The translations under genes and the position numbers were made by a program. From NCBI GenBank assembly GCA_963817845.1, contig CAWFPU010000006.1, positions 52,934 to 116,933 of the forward strand: 64,000 nt of DNA, written 5' to 3'. Positions 52,101 through 60,423 of this stretch are shown one piece after another. Numbering within the stretch: position 1 is the stretch's first letter; every line of letters begins with the position of its first letter. The DNA is from an uncultured Solirubrobacterales bacterium (lineage in GTDB: Bacteria; Actinomycetota; Thermoleophilia; Solirubrobacterales; Solirubrobacteraceae). The notes beneath the pieces are model-generated. The model ran no database searches. It had not been told where the DNA came from and saw nothing but the letters and a program-made list of their open reading frames with translations.

Positions 52101-52190
52101 GCATCGAAGGAGAATGCGATGACAGATCGGGCATCGAACGAAGAGACGACGAGACACCGGGCATCGAAGGAGGAGACGATGACAGACCGC
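52101..52190. repeat. 30-bp tandem triplication of an RBS+ATG translation-initiation region
   Basis: GCATCGAAGGAGAATGCGATGACAGATCGG / GCATCGAACGAAGAGACGACGAGACACCGG / GCATCGAAGGAGGAGACGATGACAGACCGC. Confidence 0.92.
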
Positions 52191-52892
52191 TGGTTTTCGG
52201 AGCGCGAGCTCGAGCAGATGTCGCGTCCGACCATGGACCGCGCGATCGAGGCGATCGACGCAGGCGAGCTGGACGAGGCGCGGCGTCTATGCGGCGAGAT
52301 GAAGCACGAGTGGCAGATGCTGCACGACCTGATGGCCAGCGGCGTGCTGGACCTGGTGTCGTTCATCCAGCAGCGCCTCGGCGACGAGGGCGTCGCCGAG
52401 GCCTGGAGCGAGAGCATGAACCGCGGCTGGAGACGTCATCACGACGCGATCTCCGCGCTCGAGCGGCGCGACCTCGTGGCGTTGCTGGCCGCCACCTGGC
52501 GGGCGCACTCGTGCTCCGGGGTCGGCCCGAGTCCCGGCAGCTTCACGGTCTCGGAGGACGACGAGAAGGTGACCTTCACGATGAACCCGTGCGGCTCGGG
52601 CCAGCGGCTCGTTCGCAACGGCGCCTATGAGGGTCTCCCCGACGGCGGCGGCACGCGGGCCGCCCACGACTGGTCCTTTCAGCGCAAGGGGTTTCCGCTG
52701 TACTGCACGCACTGCACGTTCATGAACGAGTCGCTGCCGATCCAGTGGTCGGGCTATCCGCTGTACCCGTGCGATCCACCCGAGGACTACGCCCGCGACC
52801 CGTGCACCTGGTACTGGTACAAGCAGCTCGACGCGATACCCGAGCGTCACTGGCGCCGCTACGGCGCGGTCAAGCCGCAGCAGGCACGGTGA
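52119..52892 (+). CDS. Cys-rich hypothetical protein (possible metal-binding)
   Basis: ORF 52119..52892. A second equally good start is ATG 52179, in repeat copy 3. Cys motifs HSCSG, NPCGSGQR, YCTHCT, YPCDPP and DPCTWYWY. I recognise no family. Confidence 0.6.
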   Translation: MTDRASNEETTRHRASKEETMTDRWFSERELEQMSRPTMDRAIEAIDAGELDEARRLCGEMKHEWQMLHDLMASGVLDLVSFIQQRLGDEGVAEAWSESMNRGWRRHHDAISALERRDLVALLAATWRAHSCSGVGPSPGSFTVSEDDEKVTFTMNPCGSGQRLVRNGAYEGLPDGGGTRAAHDWSFQRKGFPLYCTHCTFMNESLPIQWSGYPLYPCDPPEDYARDPCTWYWYKQLDAIPERHWRRYGAVKPQQAR

Positions 52893-53198
52893 GCTCGCGC
52901 GCCGTGGCCGCACGCCTGGGCTCTCGTGATGGCCTGCGTGGGCTCGGCACCGCAGGGCTTCGCGCGGCGCGCTCGACTGGGACGTTAAGCGCGCCGCAAG
53001 CCAGATCGGGGATGTCGGGCGACAAGCAAGAATCCCCGAACTGACACAAAGCTACTCTCTTCTGCGCTTTTACTCAAGTAACTAGTTGGCCAACCGGCGG
53101 GCTGTGTGTGGGCCGCCGCGGCCAAGCCATCAGCGAGCCGGGTTGTGGCCTCGAGTCATCGGTCGTACCGCCCCGGTGGAGCGAGCGAAACGGCCTGT

Positions 53199-55217
53199 CT
53201 AATGCGAAGTAGCGTGGTGGCCCACCGCCGGCGCACCTGTGTGGTGGTCGACGATCAGGCTCGTGCGCAACAGCGTGAAGGCGATCGCGAGCGCGACCAC
53301 GATGACCGCCGCCGTCGCGATCGCGAGCAGCGCGGGGCGGCCGAGCCGGCGCGCGCGGTGGATCGTGGGCGGCGCGTCGGGGGCGAGCACCGCGCTGGAA
53401 GCAGCCTCGGCGCCAACTCCGGCCACGGCCAGGAGCGGCCGTTGGCGAGCCTCCAGCGCCAGCGCGTCGGCGATCTGATCGCGCAGCAGGTTCAGCTGGC
53501 GCTGGCGCGCGAACAGGAACAGCGCGAGCACGGCGACCACGAGAACGCCGACGAAGCCGAGCAGGGCACCGATCTTCGACAGCGTGTCCGCCGGCGCGCT
53601 CGCGCGGGGCGCGAGGTTGACGTTGCGGGGCGCAGCCCCCGCGCTCGCCGGGACGACCGGCGGCCGGCGCGTGGGAGCGACGGGCAGGGTGCGCGCCGCC
53701 ATCTCCAGCAGAGCGCGCGCGGAGACGTTGTTCGTGAGCGTATTTTCGATCCAGTACGCCGCGCCGTCTTCATGCCAGGCGATCGTCCTGACGTGTTCCC
53801 CGGCATAGAACAGTTCGTATGTGCGCGACCCGACGTGAACCGTCTGGCCGGGGTCGCTCAGCAGAGGGGGGTGGGTCCAGTCGGTGCCCTGGACGTCGTA
53901 GTACTGCCCGAGCTCGCCGCGGTCGATCACGGCCGTGTAGATCGGGTGCAGATGCCCGTGCTGATCGTGGATGTGATAGAGCCGCAGTTCGTCCGGTTCG
54001 GCGTCGGCATAGCTGTCGCGGACCCGCGGATACTCGAGCGGGAAAGGTAGGTTCGGGGCCTGGGCGCGGGCTTCTTCGAGCTCGGTCGGCGTCGTGGGCG
54101 TGAGCGCGAATCCGAGGCCGGCGCTGTGGTGGTGCGCGGCGTGCGAGGAGTGAGGCACGCTCAGCTTGTGGCTCGGGATCGCCGCCGTGCCTCCGAGGAA
54201 TGAGCTGACCGCTTCGTGGATCTCTTCAGGCGTGGCGCTGTCGAACGTCGGTTCGAGGTTGACGTGAAAGGCCACCTGGCGAACGGGCTTGCCGGCGGAT
54301 TCGATCAACAGGTAGAGCAGCTGCAGGATTTCTTCTTCGCTGTCGAGTGTGCTTTCGACGTACTTGCCGAAAATACGCTCGAACTTTTCGCGATTTCCAA
54401 ACAGCGAAGGGCCGTACTGTGCCTTGACCTGGAGCAGAAAGCGCTGATCGCGGGCATCGCGTATCAACGAGGTGCTTTCGTGCCGGTTCGCGACGAATTC
54501 GAGCGCTTCGTTGCCGCATAGTTTCTGATAGCCCGGCTTGAGGTTGATTTCGAAATACTGTTCTCCGCCGGGTTCGTTGACGTGGTAGTAGCGCTTGTCA
54601 ACCGTCATATAGACGCAACCCATCGCGTTCACCGCTTTCGCGAACTTGTGGAAGTTCGTGATGAACACGTGGTTGACTTCGACGCCGAGCACCTGCCTGA
54701 TCGTTTCAAGCATCAGCTTGACCCCGCCGGCGGTGCCGCCGCCGTTCTCCCAGCCGTAGGTGAAGGCGGCGTTGATGCGGTTTTCTTCGACTTCGCCATC
54801 CGGCTTGTCGATCGGGACCTTGAGCTCGCGCGGGATCGACAGCATCGAGATCGTCGGCTGACTGGGGTCGATGCGCACGAGCAGCATCTCGTTGGAATGG
54901 GGCAGCACCGGCGCCGTGGTCGTGTGAGAGCGTTCGTCGTTGCCGACCAGCAGCAGCGTCTCGGGTGCGCCGCGGCTGGTGGGCGCAAGCACGCCGGGCG
55001 CCACCTTCACGGGCTTGTGCTGCTCGAGCGCTTCGACCAGCCGCCCGACCTCGTTCAGCGCAATCGCGGCCGTGGCGCCACCCGAGAGCAGGATGATCCC
55101 GAACGCCGCGATCAGGAACTTCGTGGTCATCCAGCGCCGGCGGGGCGGCTCCGGCGGCATGCCCCCAGGCGGTGCCGCTCCCGGCAGCCTGGGGGGCGGC
55201 GGCGCGACCGTGCTCAC
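53199..55217 (-). CDS. LytR-CpsA-Psr (LCP) family cell-wall glycopolymer transferase with long C-terminal extension
   Basis: N-terminal TM. LLLVGNDERS..MLLVRIDP..ISMLSIPRELKV..NRINAAFTYG..ETIRQVLGVEVNHVFITNF. The C-terminal region has two more hydrophobic segments. Confidence 0.85.
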   Translation of the reverse strand: MSTVAPPPPRLPGAAPPGGMPPEPPRRRWMTTKFLIAAFGIILLSGGATAAIALNEVGRLVEALEQHKPVKVAPGVLAPTSRGAPETLLLVGNDERSHTTTAPVLPHSNEMLLVRIDPSQPTISMLSIPRELKVPIDKPDGEVEENRINAAFTYGWENGGGTAGGVKLMLETIRQVLGVEVNHVFITNFHKFAKAVNAMGCVYMTVDKRYYHVNEPGGEQYFEINLKPGYQKLCGNEALEFVANRHESTSLIRDARDQRFLLQVKAQYGPSLFGNREKFERIFGKYVESTLDSEEEILQLLYLLIESAGKPVRQVAFHVNLEPTFDSATPEEIHEAVSSFLGGTAAIPSHKLSVPHSSHAAHHHSAGLGFALTPTTPTELEEARAQAPNLPFPLEYPRVRDSYADAEPDELRLYHIHDQHGHLHPIYTAVIDRGELGQYYDVQGTDWTHPPLLSDPGQTVHVGSRTYELFYAGEHVRTIAWHEDGAAYWIENTLTNNVSARALLEMAARTLPVAPTRRPPVVPASAGAAPRNVNLAPRASAPADTLSKIGALLGFVGVLVVAVLALFLFARQRQLNLLRDQIADALALEARQRPLLAVAGVGAEAASSAVLAPDAPPTIHRARRLGRPALLAIATAAVIVVALAIAFTLLRTSLIVDHHTGAPAVGHHATSH

Positions 55218-55389
55218 GTGGGCCGCTCGACTGGGCGGGTCTGACGGGGCGGCATCGGCAAGCTAGCGGGCGGCATCGGCGAGTCCGGCGGGTGCGTGTC
55301 GCGAATCTGCGGGCACGCCCCTGAGCCAGATGAAGCAGGCGCCAATGGTAGCCCGGCACACGGCGGGAGGGAGCGGTTGTGGGCCGAGC

Positions 55390-57435
55390 CTACGGCGACG
55401 GGCTCCCGACCATCACTCTGCCGTCGGCGTCAACCACTGCGCAGATCCCCTGTGTCACGCACGAAACGCCCGTCAGATCGATGGAATACAGTTCGAACAT
55501 CGGATTCGGGGGTTCGATCGGTATTCCGTAGACGTTCTCCTGCGCCCACGCTTCGGCGCCGCCTGTGGGATCGGATGAGACGAGCACGTTGCCGCTCGAG
55601 CCGTTGCCGGCGAGGGTGCTCGCCACGCACAGTCCCCGCTTGGCGCACGACACCTGCCACAGGCCGTTGAACTGCGGCGCCCCCGGGCCGGTGAGTTCGG
55701 CGTAGTGCCAGTCCGATTCACCGCCCGTCGGGTGGGTGGAGGTCACGACGCCGTAGGCGGCTTGGCCCGTAGTGACGCACAGCTTCGCAGTCGGGCAGGA
55801 AATGCTGGGCAGCGCGCCGGTGAAGGTGGTCTTCCACGCGCTCGAGCCGCCGGCGGGATCGCGGGAGGTGATCGTCTCGCCGCGCCGGGTTAGCACGCAC
55901 AGCCGCTTCGAAGGGCACGAGACGCCTTCCAATTCGCCCGCGGCCACGCCGGCCGTATCCCACGTCGCCGACCCGCCCGCCGGTTCGGTGGAGGTGAGCA
56001 CGTCGCCCTTGTCGTCGATCGCGACGCACAGCTTCACCGACGCGCAGGCGACGCCCCGCAGCGGCGTCGAGCCGTCGGCGTCGGCGACGCTCCAGGCGCT
56101 CGCGCCTCCGGCCGGACGGGTTGCGGTGAGCGCATCTCCGGCTTCGTCGACAGCCACGCACAGGTGGGTGGACGGACAGGAGACGCCGGTCAGGCCGTGA
56201 GCGTCGATGTGTGCGGGCGACCAAGCGTCCGGACCGTCGAGCGGGCGGGTCGAGGTGACGACGTTGCCGGCGTCGTCCACCGCCGCGCACAGGCGCTGGG
56301 ACGCGCACGACACGCCGCTGAAGGCGCTCGTGCCCGCTTCGAGCTTGGCCGGATGCCAGGCGTGTTCGCCGCCGGCCGGGTCGGTCGAGGCGATCACGTA
56401 GCTGCCGCTCGCGGTGAGCACGCACAGGCTCGTCGTCGGACATGAGGCGCCCTCGATCGATTCAGTGCCGCCGTATTTGTTGGCGATCCTGATCGGCGTT
56501 GCAAGCCATTCCCCGGCGCCGCCCGCCGGATTGCTCGAGGTGAGCACGGCGCCGCCGGTCGTGGCTGCGCAGATCCCCGCGGCCGAACACGACACGTGCT
56601 CGATCAGGCTTTCGGCGCTGACGTGCGCGAGCTTCCAGGTGCCCGACCCGCCGGTCGGATCGGTTAACGTCAGCACGTCGCCGTAGTTGTTGGTCAGCAC
56701 GCAGAGGGTTTCCGACGCGCACGACACGGCCGACAGTTCGTGGGATTCGTTGATCGTGAACGTGTGCCAGGCACCCGGTCCGCCGGTGGGATGGGTCGAG
56801 ATTAGAGCTTCACCATCTCGGCCGACCGCCAGGCAGAGTTGCGCAGACGGGCATGAGACCGACTGCAGTTCGCCGTCGTACACGTCGCTGATCGTCCACG
56901 CGGAGCTGCTCCCCGCCGGTTCGCTCGCGGTGAGCACGTCACCGGTGCGGTCAACCGCGACACACAGGGCTTCGGACGGGCAGGAAACGGCGGTGAGGGC
57001 GTCGTGAGCCTCGAGCGAGTGGATCGTTACGGTGGTCCACCGCTCCGCGCCGCCGAGCGGATCGGTCGAGGCCACGATGTCGCTGCCTCCGACGGCGACG
57101 CACAGACTGCTCGACGCGCAGGAGACGTCGGCGAGCCCTTCCAAGGGAGCCAGATCATCGACCACGCTCCATGCCGTCGCTCCGCCCGTCGGTTCACGCG
57201 AGGTGAGCACGTCGCCGGCCCGGTCAACCGCCACGCAGACGCCGCTCGAAGGACACGAGACCGCGCCGATTTCCGTGGGCGAAGCGAACGGCGGATGGTC
57301 GTCCACGCGCGCGAGCGCGGTCCACGTCAACGACGGCGTTTCGGCCGTCGCCGCGCTGGCCCATGCCAGTGCCAGCAGGACGGCCGCCAGGACCGTCCGC
57401 AGCGCGATGGCAGGTGCACGTAGGCATTTGGTCAC
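55390..57435 (-). CDS. secreted protein made of 14 Cys-pair (C-x5-C) Asp-box-like repeats
   Basis: Signal peptide LAAVLLALAWASAATA. There are 14 units of about 42-48 aa, e.g. AVSCPSEALCVAVDRTGDVLTASEPAGSSSAW and AVSCASETLCVLTNNYGDVLTLTDPTGGSGTW. GTG start 57435. Confidence 0.75.
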   Translation of the reverse strand: MTKCLRAPAIALRTVLAAVLLALAWASAATAETPSLTWTALARVDDHPPFASPTEIGAVSCPSSGVCVAVDRAGDVLTSREPTGGATAWSVVDDLAPLEGLADVSCASSSLCVAVGGSDIVASTDPLGGAERWTTVTIHSLEAHDALTAVSCPSEALCVAVDRTGDVLTASEPAGSSSAWTISDVYDGELQSVSCPSAQLCLAVGRDGEALISTHPTGGPGAWHTFTINESHELSAVSCASETLCVLTNNYGDVLTLTDPTGGSGTWKLAHVSAESLIEHVSCSAAGICAATTGGAVLTSSNPAGGAGEWLATPIRIANKYGGTESIEGASCPTTSLCVLTASGSYVIASTDPAGGEHAWHPAKLEAGTSAFSGVSCASQRLCAAVDDAGNVVTSTRPLDGPDAWSPAHIDAHGLTGVSCPSTHLCVAVDEAGDALTATRPAGGASAWSVADADGSTPLRGVACASVKLCVAIDDKGDVLTSTEPAGGSATWDTAGVAAGELEGVSCPSKRLCVLTRRGETITSRDPAGGSSAWKTTFTGALPSISCPTAKLCVTTGQAAYGVVTSTHPTGGESDWHYAELTGPGAPQFNGLWQVSCAKRGLCVASTLAGNGSSGNVLVSSDPTGGAEAWAQENVYGIPIEPPNPMFELYSIDLTGVSCVTQGICAVVDADGRVMVGSPSP

Positions 57436-57542
57436 CGCATCACTCGCTCCCTCGAATCGCTTGCACGCGGGCCGGCCTCGGTCCGCGTCTCACGACGATA
57501 CCCCGATCAGGCCAACGTGACCAAATCGCACTTGATATGGAC

Positions 57543-57571
57543 TTGACAATAAGACTTACATCAAGTATTTT
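57543..57571 (+). promoter_or_regulatory. near-consensus sigma-70-type promoter TTGACA-N17-TATTTT in an AT-rich patch
   Basis: TTGACA at 57543-57548, 17-nt spacer, TATTTT at 57566-57571, facing right. A second TTGACA lies at 57574-57579. Confidence 0.4.
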
Positions 57572-57678
57572 TGTTGACAGGCTGAGAGAGGGGGTCTGCA
57601 GTTGGGGGCGGCGCTCGCGCAGGCAAGCGGGCCGAGTCACTGGTGCTGTGCAGCGTTCGAGTCGATCGGCGCTGCGCG

Positions 57679-57846
57679 GCACTGAGTGATCACGGCGGCA
57701 GGAGTGAAGCCGGCCGGCAGGAGTGCAACCCGAAGCACTGAGTGAGCACGGCGCCAAGAGTGAAGCGGGCCGGCAGGAGTGCAACCCGAAGCACTGAGTG
57801 AGCACTGCGGCAGGAGTGAAGCGGGCCGGCAGGAATGGATCGGACG
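57679..57846. repeat. 56-bp tandem repeat (about 3 copies) carrying six iterated GGCAGGAGTG-like 10-mers
   Basis: Units start at 57679, 57735 and 57791. The 10-mers are at 57697, 57716, 57753 (2 mismatches), 57772, 57809 and 57828 (1 mismatch). Confidence 0.9.
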
Positions 57847-58000
57847 ACGGACTGGCTCCCGCGCTCCGAGTGGCCCTTTTGGTCTGAGTTAATCTGGCGG
57901 CCTGATTAACGGGTTCGGTTGAAGTAGTTATCGCTGTACGGCATTGACTGGAACGCGCGCCGTGCAGCAACAGCGACCGGCGCAGGACGGCGCCGAGTAG

Positions 58001-58020
58001 TCGGTACTGGACGGTACCGA
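58001..58020. promoter_or_regulatory. 7-6-7 palindrome TCGGTAC-tggacg-GTACCGA, candidate recombinase core-type site or operator
   Basis: Read directly. It lies 72 nt upstream of the recombinase ATG. Confidence 0.3.
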
Positions 58021-58091
58021 GCATAGAAAAGGCGAGTGCGCGCGTGCGCCACGCCAGCGGCTCACGCGCCTGTCAAAGGAGTGAGTCGAGA

Positions 58092-59372
58092 ATGATTGCG
58101 GGTTCTGTTAGAGAGCGCGATGGGCGCTTTTACGCTCGGTTGCGTGTACGCGTTGTCGATCCGGTCAGCGGCGCTTCGCACTGGCGGCAGGTGGAGCGAG
58201 CCGCCGGTTCGAGCCGGCAGCGCGCGCTGGAGATGCTCCATGCCCTGCGCGCGGAAACGCTCGATGGAGCCTTCCTCGCGTGCGGTCTGACCGTGTCTGA
58301 ACTGGGCCAGCGATGGCTGACCGAGCACGTTCAGGTGGACCTCAAGCCGGGCGCGGTGGCCGAGTATCGCAGCACGCTGTTCCGCCACGTGCTGCCGGCG
58401 CTGGGCGACATGCAGGTCAAGGACGTTCGCGCGGGGACGGTGAGGATGCTGCTGTCGCGCAAGCGCGCCGAGGGCCTGTGCGAGGGCACGGTCGCGAAGA
58501 TCCGCCGTCACCTGCACGCGCTGTTCGCGTTCGGTGTAGAGGCGGGCGTGATCGCGGTCAATCCGGCCGACCTGCCGCGGCGGCGCGCGCGCAGCGGACA
58601 GGGGCGGCGCGTGCGCGGCACTCAGCTCAGCCCGGTGCAGGTGTACCGGTTCCTGGAGGCATGCTCGCCCCGGTGGCGCCCGTTCTTCACAGTCGCGCTC
58701 GACACCGGCCTGCGCCGCGGCGAGCTGATCGGGCTGCGCTGGGAAGACGTGGACCTGCTGCAGCGGACGATCTGCGTGCGGCGCAGCATCGGCGTCCACG
58801 ATCGCGCCGACCGGCAGACGCTGGAACGCTCGCTGTCCCCGAAGACGCCCGCAGGCGAGCGCCTCGTGCCGATCCTCGGCGGCGCACAGGCGGCGCTCGA
58901 GCGACTGTACGCGCAGGCGCTCGACGTGAGCGACGGCGCCCCCGTGTTCGCCGCCGTGACCGCCAGGCCGGGCAGCAGGGGTGCTGGCACGGGCGTGCCC
59001 ACCGGGCCGGCAAGGCCGCTCGACCCGCGGATGGTGACGAGGGTGTTCCGCCGCTATGCCGATCGCTCCGGCCTGCCGGCGTCGATTCGCCTGCACGATC
59101 TGCGCCACACGGCGATCACGAACGCGATCGAGCAGGGCGAGGACGTGCTGCTGGTGTCGGCGTTCGCCGGGCATGCCCATCCATCGACGACCGTCAACAT
59201 CTACGGACATCTGCTGCCCGGACGAGTGCGCGAGGCGGCGCGGCGAATGCGTTCGCTGGCGCCCGTGGCGAAAAGATCGCCGTCGCGGTTGGACGCGCCG
59301 AGCTCGGCCACGACGACCGCCGGCACGCTCGATCGAGTCAACACCGCTTGGTGGCCCGAGCGCGAGGGCTGA
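58092..59372 (+). CDS. tyrosine recombinase / phage-type integrase
   Basis: N-terminal SAM-like domain and catalytic region ALDTGLRRGELIGLRWEDVD..IRLHDLRHTAIT..GHAHPSTTVNIYGHL (R..H-x-x-R..Y). ATG 58092 with AAGGAG upstream. Confidence 0.9.
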   Translation: MIAGSVRERDGRFYARLRVRVVDPVSGASHWRQVERAAGSSRQRALEMLHALRAETLDGAFLACGLTVSELGQRWLTEHVQVDLKPGAVAEYRSTLFRHVLPALGDMQVKDVRAGTVRMLLSRKRAEGLCEGTVAKIRRHLHALFAFGVEAGVIAVNPADLPRRRARSGQGRRVRGTQLSPVQVYRFLEACSPRWRPFFTVALDTGLRRGELIGLRWEDVDLLQRTICVRRSIGVHDRADRQTLERSLSPKTPAGERLVPILGGAQAALERLYAQALDVSDGAPVFAAVTARPGSRGAGTGVPTGPARPLDPRMVTRVFRRYADRSGLPASIRLHDLRHTAITNAIEQGEDVLLVSAFAGHAHPSTTVNIYGHLLPGRVREAARRMRSLAPVAKRSPSRLDAPSSATTTAGTLDRVNTAWWPEREG

Positions 59373-59493
59373 ACCGCGCGCACGCCGAGCCGGGTGCGCG
59401 GGCGGACGGTCGCGACGCCCCACCGCTGACCCGGCGCGCCGCACGCGCACAAGTCGTGTTTGGCCTGGCGTCGTGTCGGGTACAGAACGAATA

Positions 59494-59516
59494 GAGCCTC
59501 GTCCCCCCCGAGGCTC
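59494..59516 (+). terminator. 8-bp stem hairpin GAGCCTCG-tcccccc-CGAGGCTC downstream of the recombinase gene (no U-tract)
   Basis: Read directly. Confidence 0.3.
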
Positions 59517-59712
59517 GAGAGGGAGCGGGCGGCCCTGGTCGGTAGTTCAGCCGAGCCCAAGCCAGGGGCTGGCTGGAGACCAGGGCCGACCCCGACCCTC
59601 GCTGCGTATGTGGTTTCCGCGGCGCGGTGCGGCGCAGGTCGGTCATCGCACCGCATGCCTTCGCTAGGGTGTCGCTGCGGTGAGGACCACAGGGGAGGGG
59701 CGAGAGCGATCG

Positions 59713-60168
59713 ATGGGACGCGTGGGGCGATGGCTGAGATCGGGCACGGCGGCGCTCGTGGCGACAGCGGTCGTCGCCGGGTGCGGGAGCGGCGGCTCGA
59801 GCACGACCGGAGCGCCGACGAAGGCGCAGTACATTGCGCGCGTGACCGCCGTCTGCAACGAGCTGATGCGGCACACCGAAACGATCAGCGAAGGGGGACA
59901 CGGCTTCGAAGCCGCCGTGCGCGAAATCGTCAACGCCCACGAACAGGCAGACCGCCAGCTGCGCGCGATCTCGCTCCCGGCGTCCTCGACGATGGCCGCC
60001 GAGTGGCTTCACTGGCGTGAAACCGCCACGTCGGCGATGCGCCGGGCGATCGACGCCAAGCCCTACTCGCACGAGCGCACCGCGGCCTCGGCGGACGAAT
60101 TCAAAGCAAACGAAAAAGCCCGCGCGCTGGCCAAGGCCTACGGGCTGTCGGCCTGCCTGCGCACGTAG
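59713..60168 (+). CDS. putative lipoprotein, unknown function
   Basis: Lipobox LVATAVVAGC-GSGGSS after ATG 59713 (inside ORF 59680). Confidence 0.55.
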   Translation: MGRVGRWLRSGTAALVATAVVAGCGSGGSSTTGAPTKAQYIARVTAVCNELMRHTETISEGGHGFEAAVREIVNAHEQADRQLRAISLPASSTMAAEWLHWRETATSAMRRAIDAKPYSHERTAASADEFKANEKARALAKAYGLSACLRT

Positions 60169-60423
60169 CGCGATTACGCCGCTGGCCGCGCGCACGCGGC
60201 GCGGCCAGCCTCCTGCCGACGGCGCGCGGCCAGCGCAACTGCGCCGCTCCCACCGGGCCTGCGCTCGTGCGGACCGTATTGCTAGCGCAACTGCGCCGCT
60301 CGCGGCGGGTTCCATGCACAGGCCCGCAGCGTGCTCTGGCCGGTTCCCTCCAGGGCACGCCGCGTGGCTGTTCTGTGCAGGTGCCGCGCTGCGAGCCGCG
60401 CCTGGACATGCGAGCCTTCGGCT

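Noticed and set aside
57650-57672. GTTCGAGTC T-loop-like word suggesting a tRNA or tmRNA near the recombinase
   Set aside because: The flanking bases do not form a T stem or acceptor stem, and I found no tag-peptide-like reading frame.
57440-58024. 194-aa minus-strand ORF covering the promoter-like patch and the 56-bp repeats
   Set aside because: The translation is a repeat-derived low-complexity sequence and crosses AT-rich non-coding-looking DNA. There is no RBS or motif.
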